DNA of 64,000 bases, taken from contig CAYWJO010000011.1 of the NCBI GenBank assembly GCA_964458565.1, positions 16,318 through 80,317 on the forward strand, written 5' to 3'. This document shows, one piece after another, positions 9,984 through 20,687 of the stretch. The position numbers and the translations under genes were made by a program. The DNA comes from an uncultured archaeon. Lineage in GTDB: Archaea; Asgardarchaeota; Thorarchaeia; Thorarchaeales; Thorarchaeaceae. How positions within the stretch are numbered: position 1 is the first letter of the stretch; each line of letters opens with the position of its first letter. The notes beneath the pieces were generated by a model. That model had not been told where the DNA came from and did not search any database. It saw only the letters and a list, made by a program, of their open reading frames with translations.

Positions 9984-10997
9984 ATGTCTAAGATTGAGTC
10001 AGCCCATGGTGGCGGCGGTAAGATTATGCAATTACTTCTAGAAGAAGTTATTATTCCTGCATTCACTCGGAGAAAGATTGGCGATATCGGACTTGATGAG
10101 ATGGATGATGGAGCCACATTTCAAACTAATGGGTCTCAACTTATTGTTTGTACAGATGCACATACAGTTCAACCTCTATTCTTTCCGGGTGGAAATATTG
10201 GTACTTTGACAGCTTGTGGTACAATAAATGACCTCTCAGTGATGGGTGCTGAACCTATCGCTATGACTAATACGATAATAGTAGAAGAGGGGTTTCCCAT
10301 TGACACCCTTGAGATTATTCTCAAATCAATTGATGATGTTATAGCTCCCCTTGGGATTGCAATGATTGCTGGAGATACTAAAGTAATGCCATCCGGTACT
10401 CTTGACCAGCTTGTTATGTCTTCAACTGGGATTGGACGAGTGTATCTTGATAAGCCAATCCGTGATGCTGGTGCGAATCCTGGTGATGATATCATATCGA
10501 CAGGACCCATCGGCGATCATGGAACTTCTTTGCTTGCGCATCGTGAAGGTCTTGAGTTCAAGACGGATCTTATAAGTGATGTCGCGCCGATTTGGCTGCC
10601 AATACGTGATTGTCTAGATATTGGAGGGATTCACGCCATGAAGGATCCTACACGTGGTGGTACTGCAGTTGCTCTAAATGAGATTGCTGCTAAATCTGGT
10701 ATCGAAATTGAGCTCGATGAGTCCGAAATCCCAGTTCGGTCCGAAGTAAAATCTCTTTGCGATCTCCTTGGGTTAAATCCCCTTCATATGAGCTGTGAGG
10801 GTACTGTTCTTATGACCGTGGATTCCGAGTTCACATCTTCTATATTGAACGCTCTTAAAAATCACAATAGAACTAAAGATGCAAAAGTAATCGGAAGCGT
10901 AAATATTGGAGAAGGAAGAGTTGTGATGAATACTATGATAGGAGGTCGGAAACTGGTACAGGTACCCTATGGTGAGCCTGTTCCTAGGGTCTGTTGA
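9984..10997 (+). CDS. hypE: Hydrogenase maturation protein HypE
   Basis: AHGGGG, PLFFPGGNIG, DPTRGG and the C-terminal PRVC. Confidence 0.95.
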   Translation: MSKIESAHGGGGKIMQLLLEEVIIPAFTRRKIGDIGLDEMDDGATFQTNGSQLIVCTDAHTVQPLFFPGGNIGTLTACGTINDLSVMGAEPIAMTNTIIVEEGFPIDTLEIILKSIDDVIAPLGIAMIAGDTKVMPSGTLDQLVMSSTGIGRVYLDKPIRDAGANPGDDIISTGPIGDHGTSLLAHREGLEFKTDLISDVAPIWLPIRDCLDIGGIHAMKDPTRGGTAVALNEIAAKSGIEIELDESEIPVRSEVKSLCDLLGLNPLHMSCEGTVLMTVDSEFTSSILNALKNHNRTKDAKVIGSVNIGEGRVVMNTMIGGRKLVQVPYGEPVPRVC

Positions 10998-11557
10998 AAG
11001 TAATCTACATCTAAATCTTCTTCAGCAGAACGTTTTTCCTCAAGTATCTTCTTCATCTTGAATTTGAGCTGTGCCTTCAATTTGATTTTATCCCTGTCTA
11101 ATCCAAAATAATCTGCAAAAAGATCTGTTGTTATTATCTTCTTACTTCGTCCTTCAGGTGTTGAATTGATGAACTTCTTGGCTTCCAGCTCCTTAACATG
11201 ATCATATACATGTGTTCCTCTCTGAGTCACCAAATCTGATTGAATAATTGGTTGTCTTAGTGCGATAAAGACAAGCGTCTGTAAAGTTGCATAGGACAAG
11301 AGGCCTCCCGGAATGAATTTATTAACCCTTGGGGTGAGTTCTGGTTTTAGTTGCAAAACATACCGGTCCTTAGGAAGCGCGACTACTTCAAGGGCTCCCC
11401 CTTTTTTGTGATATTCAAATGATAAATCCTGTAGTAGTTTCTGAGTTGTAGATTCTGCTTTCCCTAAGAGGTCAGCTAACTCCTCAAGTGTCATTGGTCG
11501 ACCAGTCACGTAAAGAGCTGCTTCGAGAGTAATAAGGTCGTCATTCATATCTATCAC
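10967..11557 (-). CDS. scpB: SMC-Scp complex subunit ScpB
   Basis: LEAALYV...; LQTLVFIALRQPI; TTDLFADYFGL; in an operon with scpA and smc. Confidence 0.92.
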   Translation of the reverse strand: MIDMNDDLITLEAALYVTGRPMTLEELADLLGKAESTTQKLLQDLSFEYHKKGGALEVVALPKDRYVLQLKPELTPRVNKFIPGGLLSYATLQTLVFIALRQPIIQSDLVTQRGTHVYDHVKELEAKKFINSTPEGRSKKIITTDLFADYFGLDRDKIKLKAQLKFKMKKILEEKRSAEEDLDVDYFQQTLGTGSP

Positions 11558-12271
11558 CTACATCTTAAGCTTGGTCTGAACTTCAACTAGTCTCTCAGCG
11601 CTCTTTTCAGGTGGGCTCAGAAGCTTGACCCATATGATTTCTTCATCATCCATCCAAATGTCAACATAGCTTCTGGCAAACAAATGGAGTAGAGCAAAGA
11701 AGGTGCGAACTATCTCCTTTCTCGAATTATTCATAAGAATTTCTACAAATCGTGAAATCGCATTAATCTCCATCATTCCGTTCAAATCAGCGTAAATCTC
11801 AGAGATAATCTCTTCCACATTGGATTCATCTATCTCCATTATGATTGAAGGAGATCCAACCTTGGAGATTCCAGTTCTACCTCTGGGACTTGGTCGACTT
11901 CTCACTCCCTTTGTCAACACACGATCCATGGCAACAAGCAATTCCTCAAGAGTAACACGACGGTTGCTTAACCTAAATGGTGGTCGGATGAGCGGAATTA
12001 CAAGATCTTGTTCGTTGTCTTCTTCTTCAGGAGGTAGTATTCCCAACTGAACTAGTTCTCTTGTCTTTTTCATGAAAATGACAGATGCAGAATAGAGTGC
12101 ACTTCCTGACACCCTGAAATCGATATCACCAAGAAGTTTCATTTCACGTAGAAATGAACCAATCAGCTGTCCTACGTCAACATTCCATGGCTCGATTTTG
12201 TCAAGCTGGAGCACATCTGTGAGGAGGATATAGGGTGGTTCTGTCCAGAAAGGTCCTTTCTCATCACTCAT
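11558..12271 (-). CDS. scpA: Kleisin ScpA
   Basis: IEPWNVDV, VTLEELL and C-terminal FFALLHL; stop/start overlap with smc. Confidence 0.9.
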   Translation of the reverse strand: MSDEKGPFWTEPPYILLTDVLQLDKIEPWNVDVGQLIGSFLREMKLLGDIDFRVSGSALYSASVIFMKKTRELVQLGILPPEEEDNEQDLVIPLIRPPFRLSNRRVTLEELLVAMDRVLTKGVRSRPSPRGRTGISKVGSPSIIMEIDESNVEEIISEIYADLNGMMEINAISRFVEILMNNSRKEIVRTFFALLHLFARSYVDIWMDDEEIIWVKLLSPPEKSAERLVEVQTKLKM

Positions 12272-15200
12272 GCTGAAGATGACACCTCCTCTAGGTCTAC
12301 AGAAACAATTCGAGATATCCCATCTTGATTTGAAACACCAATAAGAAGATCAGCTTTTCGTAAAGTGGTTTCTCTAAGTGATACAACAATGAATTGAGAT
12401 GATTTAGACATCTCTGAGATAAGATTCGCCACGTTGTGTGCATTCACATCGTCTAATGCCGCATCAATCTCATCAAACACATAGAAGCTCGCAGGGCTAT
12501 ACATCTGTATAGCAAATATCAGTGCTAGACCTGTGATAGTCTTTTCGCCACCACTCATTGCATCTAGAGTCACCAAATCCTTTCCCCGAGGTTTTGAGCG
12601 AACTGTGATGCCTCCCATGAGTGGATGTTCCGGATTTTCTAGCATTAATGTAGCTTCTCCGCCTGGAGATAATTTAGCAAACACCTTTGAAAAATTATCC
12701 GCTATCTCATTGTACACAAGAAGGAACTTCTGAGTCTTCTCTCTTTCAATTTCCTCCATGAAGGCCACAATTTCTTTGTGTTCTTCTTCTAGTTTTTCCT
12801 TCTTTTCTACAATTTCTTCATATTTGTCCTTCTCAAGTGTATAATCTGTTAGAGATTTCAAATTGACTGGACCCATTGCTTCAAGCTCTCGCTCAAGCTC
12901 ACGAATCTTCTCCAATAGCTCATCAATTTCACGATACGTCAGTTCCTGTTTCTTCTCTCTTTTTGCAAGTTCCTCATCTACAGGAGTCATTGATGCAAGT
13001 TCCGCCATCTGAGCTACAATATCTGTTTCAAGTCTGGATTGTTCAGTCTGGAGTCGATACACTGCTTTTTCATTCTGTGTTTGAGCTTCTCGTATCTCTT
13101 CTTGTCTTGCTCTGAGATTTCTGAGTTCTTCTTTGAGTGTTAATTGTCTGACTCGCTTATCTTTAACAGCATCATCTATTCTATCTCGCTCATCCTTCAA
13201 TTTGAGAAATTCACTCTCTCTCTCAATAACATCCAATTCCAAGCGTTTTACATTCTCTTGAAATCCAGGAAGGGCATCTTTTAGGTTCTGAAGTTGAATT
13301 CCAAGCTCAGTTGCCTTTGGACTTAGCCGCTCTTCAACTGCAACTTTTTGTCCTGTTACAATACTGTTTATCTCATCTCGCTCAGTCTTATTTTGTGCAA
13401 GAATTTCCTTGAGATCTTTGATTTCTTGATTGATTTCAGCAGCACCGGATTTTACAAGTGTTTCATTGGCCTCATCTCTGAGATTGCGAACTCTTTCACG
13501 ATGTTCACTGAGTTCACCGTCACGTACGCGTAATTCTTCAATCTGACTTTCAAGAGCTTGTGTAGTTAATTTCGCGTTTTCAATTCTCTCTCTTAGTGCT
13601 TTCTCTCTAGCTTTTTTCTCCTTCTGTTTTTCTTCAAAACCTTCTAATTCTACACGCTCCCGATAGGTCTTATTGGACAGATCATGAAGGTCATCCTCCA
13701 GAGTATATTTCTGATCTCGTAATTCATCCTGCTGCTTTGTTAGATCAGCCAATATTGTTTCGAGTCCCTCAAGCTTCTTAGATATCTCAGGTGATGTGTC
13801 CTCAATCTGCAATGACAGTCCTGCGGCACCTCGTTGGTAGTAACCCCCTGTGATCAATCCGCTTGTTTCAACAAGATCGCCCTCTAAAGTGACAGCTCTC
13901 TTTCCCTTGAATCCGAGTTTCTTAGCAGTGGTGAAATCTTCTGTGACTATAGTATCTGAAAACACAAATTCGAATGCTGGAAGGAATTGTTCAGCAAATT
14001 CGACCAGATCAATAGCAAAACCAATGATTGTGCCATCGCTTGGTAGACTACTAGGAGATTTCGATTTTATTTTATTCAATGGAATGAATGAAGCGCGTCC
14101 AACTTTTTCCTGTTTCAAGATTTCAAGACATCGTGTTGCCACATCTTCATCATCGACTACTATGTGGGATAATCGACTTCCTCCAGCAACCTCAAGAGCA
14201 ACCGAATATTCCGGATCAATCTTTCCGAGTTCTGCAACGGTTCCATGGATTCCATCAACTACGCCTGTATCGCGAAGTTCGAGTACTCTAGCAACTGCCC
14301 TTCTCCGTTTCAGAAATGTTTCTTCTGCTTCTCTTAATGCATCTTGTCGAGCTTGAAGTTTAATCAGTTCTTCGCGTAAGCTGTTTACTATTTTTGCTGT
14401 TTCTATAACTTCTGCATCCACAAAAGAGAGCCGTTCTAACACTTTCTCAAGTTGGCCCTTTTTGGAGGTTTCAGTTTCTTCCATCTCCTGAAGAGTTTTG
14501 CTTCGAGTTGGTATAATTTCAGCAAGTTCAGTAAGTTCGTTCTCTGTTGTTCTTAAGCTCTCTTCCGAATCTCGAATCTCTTCAAAGGCAATACCAAGTT
14601 CCTTGTTATCAGATTTGATTGCCGATCGAATTTCAGAAACGCCCTCATCGAGTTGCACCATCTGAGTATTTAATTCTTGAAGACGTTGAGTTGTTTCCAG
14701 ATATGTTGTCTGTGCCTGTTCAGCAAGTTCCTCAAGCTTAGATATGCGCCTACCCGTTCCCTCAATTTCCTCATCTAGTATTTTTAACCGATCACTTTTC
14801 TCCGTTATTTTTAATTGAGATTCATCTATCTCACCCTGAATTTCTAATAGAAGCTCTTGCGTCTCGTCGTGCTCACGATTGGCTTTAGCAAATTCAGCTT
14901 GCGCTCTCTCAAGATTCGCTTTCGAATGTTCTACAGCCGCAGAAACAACACCAAATTGTTCTGAAACCCTGACTGAATCTCCACCAGTTATTTGATCAAT
15001 TAATTTGTCAATATCTTCTATTTCTGCTTCTGTTTCGAGCAGAGATTTTTCAACCACGGTAATCTCTTTTGTTAGTCCTTCCTCTTCTTCTGCTCTCTCC
15101 GCTAACGTTTCATTGATTGTTTGAATTCGATTACGTCCTTTGAGTAGGTTCCAAGCCATATGATCAATTCTGATCTCTTGGATTTTATTCCGAACTTCAG

Positions 15201-15858
15201 TGTATCTAAATGCGTCATCTCTCTCCATCTGGAGCCGCTCCAATTGACGGCGTCGCTCCTGAAGTTGAGTGTCAACTTTACCAAGATTAGATTCGCTCTC
15301 AGCTAGTTTCTTCAATGCACGGTCTTTCTGTTCATCATAAGCTGATATTCCAGCTATCTCCTCAATCAAGTTTCGACGATCAGTTGGACTTACTTTGACC
15401 ATCTGTGCGATTTCACCTTGAAGGACGAGATTATACCCATTAGGATCTACACCTATACTTCCAAGAACATCAAGTACAGCGTTCCTAGTTACAGTCTTGC
15501 TATTGATACGACAAACTGATTTTCCTGTGTCATCAAACTCTCGGACTACAACTACTTTGTCTGCCTCAACTTGGAGTTTTCTATCCTTGTTATTGAAGTG
15601 TAGTTCTACAGTTGCTGATTTTGCTTTTGGTGGCATATCCGGTTTTGGTGGTGAATAGAGAAGATCTGAAAATACGGTAGCACGAAGCGTTTTTGCACTG
15701 AGTTGTCCGAGTACAAAGAGAACCGCATCAATGACGTTTGATTTTCCTGAACCATTTGGTCCCATGACACATGTGAATCCAGGATTAAATTTGATGGTGA
15801 CGGAGTCTCGACCAAATGATTTGAAGCCTTTAACTACTAGCTTCTCTATCCAAACCAA
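12268..15858 (-). CDS. smc: Chromosome segregation protein SMC
   Basis: GFKSF, Walker A GPNGSGKSN, hinge, signature SGGEK, DEIDAALD. The likely start is TTG at 15858, after an AGGGAG RBS. Confidence 0.96.
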   Translation of the reverse strand: MVWIEKLVVKGFKSFGRDSVTIKFNPGFTCVMGPNGSGKSNVIDAVLFVLGQLSAKTLRATVFSDLLYSPPKPDMPPKAKSATVELHFNNKDRKLQVEADKVVVVREFDDTGKSVCRINSKTVTRNAVLDVLGSIGVDPNGYNLVLQGEIAQMVKVSPTDRRNLIEEIAGISAYDEQKDRALKKLAESESNLGKVDTQLQERRRQLERLQMERDDAFRYTEVRNKIQEIRIDHMAWNLLKGRNRIQTINETLAERAEEEEGLTKEITVVEKSLLETEAEIEDIDKLIDQITGGDSVRVSEQFGVVSAAVEHSKANLERAQAEFAKANREHDETQELLLEIQGEIDESQLKITEKSDRLKILDEEIEGTGRRISKLEELAEQAQTTYLETTQRLQELNTQMVQLDEGVSEIRSAIKSDNKELGIAFEEIRDSEESLRTTENELTELAEIIPTRSKTLQEMEETETSKKGQLEKVLERLSFVDAEVIETAKIVNSLREELIKLQARQDALREAEETFLKRRRAVARVLELRDTGVVDGIHGTVAELGKIDPEYSVALEVAGGSRLSHIVVDDEDVATRCLEILKQEKVGRASFIPLNKIKSKSPSSLPSDGTIIGFAIDLVEFAEQFLPAFEFVFSDTIVTEDFTTAKKLGFKGKRAVTLEGDLVETSGLITGGYYQRGAAGLSLQIEDTSPEISKKLEGLETILADLTKQQDELRDQKYTLEDDLHDLSNKTYRERVELEGFEEKQKEKKAREKALRERIENAKLTTQALESQIEELRVRDGELSEHRERVRNLRDEANETLVKSGAAEINQEIKDLKEILAQNKTERDEINSIVTGQKVAVEERLSPKATELGIQLQNLKDALPGFQENVKRLELDVIERESEFLKLKDERDRIDDAVKDKRVRQLTLKEELRNLRARQEEIREAQTQNEKAVYRLQTEQSRLETDIVAQMAELASMTPVDEELAKREKKQELTYREIDELLEKIRELERELEAMGPVNLKSLTDYTLEKDKYEEIVEKKEKLEEEHKEIVAFMEEIEREKTQKFLLVYNEIADNFSKVFAKLSPGGEATLMLENPEHPLMGGITVRSKPRGKDLVTLDAMSGGEKTITGLALIFAIQMYSPASFYVFDEIDAALDDVNAHNVANLISEMSKSSQFIVVSLRETTLRKADLLIGVSNQDGISRIVSVDLEEVSSSA

Positions 15859-16322
15859 GACGGACTCCCTTCTAATATTGATATTCGCAATTGCTCCCAA
15901 GCTCTGAGGCGTGCCAGCATTACCTGGAAGATACACGGTGTTTAATTTCACCGTTGGTAACACTCAGGTATTACCTGGATGATATCCAGAATACCATCTG
16001 TGTTTTATTGAGCATCAACACTTGTCTACAAAAAGGTACCTCTATTGCCGTTTATTGTCATTTGAGCAAACTTGAGTATCAAGTTGTCCGCCCAGAAACG
16101 GCACTAGGCTCATGTTGTTGAACATCCATGAATTTTCTAGCTGCGTTGCCACTGAGCACCATCCGAAGTAGAGATTGGAAGTTGCCTACTATTGGAGATA
16201 CTCCGATGTATGATGACATTAGGGTCATCGTAAGGCATAGGAGTGATTGTATTGATGTTGCTCTCACACATATCCTCCATTTGCAGGGTTGGTCGAAGCG
16301 ATTTAAGAATCAATGGCGCGGA

Positions 16323-16541
16323 ATGGTTGTTCGTGATTATGATTTGGATGATGTGGTTCCTGATAAAACAACTAGGAACCAAATGAAACTGATTGCACTG
16401 ACGATACTTCCATGGCTAGCGAATATGTATGATGATGTCATTCTGTCTGAAGATACCAAGATCAATCTGAATGAAGGTATGAGAGAGGTGATGAAAGAAT
16501 TAACAGAGTATCCTGACTCTATTGAAGAGGATGATGTGTGA
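16323..16541 (+). CDS. Small acidic hypothetical protein
   Basis: 72-aa ORF from ATG 16323 with protein-like composition; no recognisable motif. Confidence 0.4.
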   Translation: MVVRDYDLDDVVPDKTTRNQMKLIALTILPWLANMYDDVILSEDTKINLNEGMREVMKELTEYPDSIEEDDV

Positions 16542-16577
16542 AGAACGGCATAAGAGCAGTTATCTGAAGAAGCTGTT

Positions 16578-17310
16578 GTGTATATTGGAGGGAGTAAGGT
16601 GTATTCTCGAAAAACAGTGACTATGGTCTTGCTTGGGCTTGTTATGTCATTTGGTGTGCTTCTCACAGTATCATTGATGGATTCGCAAGGAACTAGTTTA
16701 CCGAGAGGCGCCTTCACACCTTCAAATGAGTATACCCTTCAATTCTCCACCTTCTTAGGCGGTACTGACAGGTATTCTCAAGGACTCAGGGAAAGAGAGC
16801 TTTAGCACCGGATGTTCCAATATATATTTGGTTTCTTCGCGAGAACTGTGGATTGCTGGTTATACAAAGTATTCTGGATTTCCAACCACTGAGGATGCTT
16901 TTGATAGAACATTCAACAATGAAGATGGATATTTTATGATGATAGACCCTATTAGTTGTAGTCTTAACTATTCCAGCTTCTTCGGAGGGTCATCTCAAGA
17001 TTCCATCTATAAAATAGTGATGACTTCTCAAGGAGAGATAGTGTGCGCTGGTTCTACATATTCAGCTAACTTCCCAACTATGAATGCGTTGCTTTCAGAA
17101 AAACCTGGAGATCGTGATGGCTTCGTGTTCAAACTCATATTGAATGAGACCACCTCTACCGCTTTCTCCTCGACTTCCACTATTACACCAACAACATCCT
17201 CCATATATACTTCAATGGATATGATCTATGTTGCACTAGCGGGAGTGAGTCTGGGTGTGATAGTTCTGGTTGTTATCGTTACTATTGTTAGAAAAAAGCG
17301 CACATTGTAA
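16578..17310 (+). pseudogene. Disrupted SBBP-repeat (beta-propeller) surface protein
   Basis: Signal peptide plus 'FSTFLGGT' in one frame; 'IAGYT..FPTT..YSSFFGGS..AGSTYSANFPT..DGFVFKL' plus S/T linker and TM helix in another. The frame break is near 16770. Confidence 0.65.
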
Positions 17311-17571
17311 ATGGAGCTAGAACTATCAATAAAATGACATCAAGAAGTCTGTATTTATCACTAAGAGCGAGCTATTGATAATTATCTGGTATTCTGTAAC
17401 ATTGTAAATATTTCCCTATTGTTTCATCACATTATGATACATGGATGTACTCCCAATCACAGTTTAGCCTATGCTAGTGAAAACATGATTGTTTCATGAA
17501 GTGACTATCATATCAATGGTCAAGTATATTTATCCTCTCTATATCAGTTAATGTGCCCTATAGTAAACGCC

Positions 17572-17943
17572 TTACTTAATCATTGAAACTAAGGCACGTC
17601 TTAATGCTATTCTGAGGAGCCCCATTGACTCACGGGCACCTTCGCCTGCCATCGCAGCAAGTACCAGTTTCACATCCCCTAGAATGATTGTGAATCCTTT
17701 TTCTGATGCTATACTGACTTCTTTTAGACCGCCCTTATCGAGATTAATAGCAAGCTGAGAGGAATTTCCTGCAATCTTGACAACAAGTCCCGCGACATCC
17801 TCGTGTCTTATTCCGCCACTCAAAGTATGACCAAAGATGACGCCTCCTTTTATATCGCTAACAATTATTCCTTCCAAATCCGGGTTGGCTGCCATGGTTT
17901 CTGCTACAATTTGCTCAATCTTTTCTTTCTTGACCATTGACAT
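17572..17943 (-). CDS. Roadblock/LC7-domain protein
   Basis: 123 aa; roadblock pattern LEGIIVSDIKGGVI...LDKGGLKEVSI...MGLLRIAL. Confidence 0.75.
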   Translation of the reverse strand: MSMVKKEKIEQIVAETMAANPDLEGIIVSDIKGGVIFGHTLSGGIRHEDVAGLVVKIAGNSSQLAINLDKGGLKEVSIASEKGFTIILGDVKLVLAAMAGEGARESMGLLRIALRRALVSMIK

Positions 17944-18099
17944 ATTCTCCTAAGCGGCTTATTACTAGCATAGATGTGACTCTTATGTACTTTATAACTT
18001 CTGTGTTGCTATTTGTATTTTAGGACCACTCATACTTGTTGTCCCAAAGTTTAATATCGTTCACGGTAAGAAACCGCCAAATCTTTTGGAGATAAATTA

Positions 18100-19719
18100 A
18101 TGCCCATGCTCAAAACTAGCTCTGAGGCTTTTCCCTCATCCAGAGATATGATGAAGGACATTCCTTATGTCCTACGTGTTCGGTTTGGAGAACTAGCCGA
18201 TGATACAACTAAGATTGTGGGAAAGCCTATCGCCTGTCACAAATGTAATGGATTCCTTTTGAGTGTTGAACAAATTAAGGAAGACCCAAAAGTAGGCAGG
18301 CATTTCATTTGTCCCTTCTGTAGCACATTAAATGTTATTGAGGGAGAGATTGTATTCGCAGGATCGGATTCCGATTTTGAACTTGAACCACCCACGGTGA
18401 CTGACACAACAACAGATGTTGTCACATCTGGTGGTAAATCATTCTTGGCACTCATTGATGTGTCAGGGTCAATGTCAGGTGGCAATCTTGCAGCTGTGAA
18501 ACGTAGTCTGACGACTTCGATAGAGAGTCTCGCTGCTAATTCACCAGACACCCTCTTCGGACTAATAGAGTTCGAGAGTTCAGTTTTACTCAGGAATTTA
18601 GAAAATGGTGCACCACTTGAATTACCACAGGACACTTTTGCGAATCTTGATAGTATCATGGATGCAACAAAGAAGATGCTTGACAAGGTGAAGCTTATAC
18701 CTGTTGGTAAGAACTCTGATTCGATTAAGAAGCATGTTCAAGCATTACGCGACCAAGGAGGTACTGCTCTTGGTCCCGCTGTGGCTATGGCGTATGTTAT
18801 TGCTAAACATCGTAGTGTTGGACGTGTAGTACTTCTTACTGACGGACTAGCAAATGAGGGAATTGGCGCCTTAGAGGGATATCAAGTCACTCCCCCCACT
18901 CAATATTATGAGGGCTTGGGGCAACAATTCCGAGAACTCGGCACTTCTCTTGATGTTGTAGGAATTGCTTCAGGTGCAGGGATGGAACTAAAGACTCTTG
19001 GTCTCCTGCCCGAGGCTACTGGTGGTCAGATGTACTATGTAACTCCAAACGAGCTTGATAGAAGTATATCCGAACTTGCAGGAGCTTCTCTCTTAGGTCG
19101 TGACGTTGAGGTTCGGCTTATCACTCCTCCTGGAGTCAGGGTCAAGGATGCATCTGGTGTATCCAGAGCAGTTGTTGATGAGCTAACCAAGAAGCAAGAT
19201 AGTAAAATCGGTGTTGTTGGAAACCGCCATGAACTTTACTTCGAAGTAGAACCTAAATCTGAGATAAAGGAGGAAGAAGTGCCTATTCAGGTACAAGTTT
19301 CTTATACGGATGAAGATGGCTCTCGTCGCGTTAGGGCTCTAACAACAAAGCTCAAGGTTGCAAGGAATGAGGAGGAGGTCCTAAAAACCCTTGATCCTAC
19401 GGTTGGCGCTGTCTTTGTCACTCAGAAAGCAGGTGAGGAAGCATTTCGTGGAGATCGTGAGAAGGGTAAGAAGCGAATCGCAACATTTCGATCAGCTCTG
19501 AAGAGTAAAGCTGAGGGTGCTTCCGGTGGGGCAAGAGCACGATTTGAGAAAGCAGATGATGCACTTGAATCTGAGGAAGAGGAACTTGAGATGCAGATGA
19601 AGGAGATGGAAGAAGCACCTTCTGCTGCGCCCTCTGCTGCAGCTGACATGGTTTCAACGCAAAATCTTCGACAGATGAAGAGAAGCTCAAAAGACCTGTT
19701 CGAAGACGAAGAAGAGTAA
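18100..19719 (+). CDS. Sec23/Sec24-like zinc-finger + vWA (trunk) + beta-sandwich protein
   Basis: PIACHKC...FICPFCSTLN zinc finger; MIDAS DVSGS, GTALG, LLTDG; YYEGLG...SLDVV and EATGG follow the Sec23/24 trunk layout. Confidence 0.8.
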   Translation: MPMLKTSSEAFPSSRDMMKDIPYVLRVRFGELADDTTKIVGKPIACHKCNGFLLSVEQIKEDPKVGRHFICPFCSTLNVIEGEIVFAGSDSDFELEPPTVTDTTTDVVTSGGKSFLALIDVSGSMSGGNLAAVKRSLTTSIESLAANSPDTLFGLIEFESSVLLRNLENGAPLELPQDTFANLDSIMDATKKMLDKVKLIPVGKNSDSIKKHVQALRDQGGTALGPAVAMAYVIAKHRSVGRVVLLTDGLANEGIGALEGYQVTPPTQYYEGLGQQFRELGTSLDVVGIASGAGMELKTLGLLPEATGGQMYYVTPNELDRSISELAGASLLGRDVEVRLITPPGVRVKDASGVSRAVVDELTKKQDSKIGVVGNRHELYFEVEPKSEIKEEEVPIQVQVSYTDEDGSRRVRALTTKLKVARNEEEVLKTLDPTVGAVFVTQKAGEEAFRGDREKGKKRIATFRSALKSKAEGASGGARARFEKADDALESEEEELEMQMKEMEEAPSAAPSAAADMVSTQNLRQMKRSSKDLFEDEEE

Positions 19720-19729
19720 TTATGCAATC

Positions 19730-19764
19730 GTGACGTCAATTTTGGCGTCACTTCCTATTTTTTT
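19730..19764 (+). terminator. Hairpin plus T-tract
   Basis: GTGACGTCA-ATTT-TGGCGTCAC followed by TTCCTATTTTTTT. Confidence 0.55.
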
Positions 19765-19904
19765 CCCAATTTCGCGTAATACAAAGCTAATAAATGCGCA
19801 AAATATACTCTCTTGGCTAGGAATATTAGCACAATTCCTAAATACCCAGACGCGGCGTAAGAATTACGAAGCGTTAACAATTGACAGCAGCGGAGATTCG
19901 GTAA

Positions 19905-20198
19905 TTGATAAGTCAAGACAAACTCCAGGAAATCCTCAATAGGCTTAAAGCACAAGAAGGTGTTCGTGGAGTAGTAGTAACCACAATGGAGGGGTTACCC
20001 CTCAGTAGTGATCTTGACGCAGACACTACCGAGAATGTTGCAGCCATCATAACCTCGCTTGTGGGAAAGGCACTAGATGCAGTAAAAGAACTTAAGGAGG
20101 GTAATCTCTCCTTTCTGACACTTGATACATCAAAGGGCCAAATAAATATCGCACCGGAACCAAAAGAGGGCCTAATATTAGTGGTCCTGAAGATATAA
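19905..20198 (+). CDS. Roadblock/LC7-domain protein
   Basis: [19 protein letters not shown]...VAAIITSL...LILVVL. Confidence 0.9.
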   Translation: MISQDKLQEILNRLKAQEGVRGVVVTTMEGLPLSSDLDADTTENVAAIITSLVGKALDAVKELKEGNLSFLTLDTSKGQINIAPEPKEGLILVVLKI

Positions 20199-20219
20199 TG
20201 ATGAAATGGAGTTAGAAAA

Positions 20220-20687
20220 ATGAGCGATCCGAAAGCCTTCGATAAGATTCTCACCGATATCATAAGACAAGATAAGGGAATCAAAAAAATCATACTAACA
20301 GATAAGACTGGTCTCACCATTGCTAATGTAAGCAAATTGTCATACTATCCAGTAGATGTCGACTCCATAGGTGCAATTGCAAGCGCTGTGTTCTGTGCAA
20401 GTGAGGAACAAGGTAAGAACCTGCAGATTGGTGAACTTGAGATAGTCACATCCGAATTCTCTGAAGGCAAGATTTTTGCATCCGCTTGTGGAAAAGGTGT
20501 TCTTTGTGTTGTGTCAGAGGCTGAGGTAAATATCGGTCTAATTCGTTTGCTCATGAAGAAACAAGGCTTGACTCTTGCACAGGAGCTAGACAAGTTCCTT
20601 ACTGTAGATTCCTCTGGTCCGGGTAAGGACAAAGAACTTGATGAGGAAGACTTACGCTCTGCTCTTGCTGAACTAGAGAAAGTATAA
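20220..20687 (+). CDS. Roadblock/MglB-like protein with an acidic C-terminal helix
   Basis: IILTDKTGLTIA...IGAIASAVF...NIGLIRL core plus a ~30-aa C-terminal extension. Confidence 0.85.
   Translation: MSDPKAFDKILTDIIRQDKGIKKIILTDKTGLTIANVSKLSYYPVDVDSIGAIASAVFCASEEQGKNLQIGELEIVTSEFSEGKIFASACGKGVLCVVSEAEVNIGLIRLLMKKQGLTLAQELDKFLTVDSSGPGKDKELDEEDLRSALAELEKV

Noticed and set aside
12533-15815. Many antisense or shadow ORFs inside smc (likewise inside atpA, cdc48, srp54 and others)
   Set aside because: They lie within well-supported genes and show no independent coding signal.
15859-15963. 35-aa N-terminal extension of SMC in the ORF track
   Set aside because: The SMC head starts at VWIEKL...GFKSF, and an RBS precedes TTG 15858.
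15891-16320. Short ORFs upstream of smc
   Set aside because: They overlap on both strands and have no motifs; probably noncoding.
19752-19900. Structured leader before the roadblock genes (TAGGAAT/ATTCCTA)
   Set aside because: Only one short AT-rich stem, which could arise by chance.
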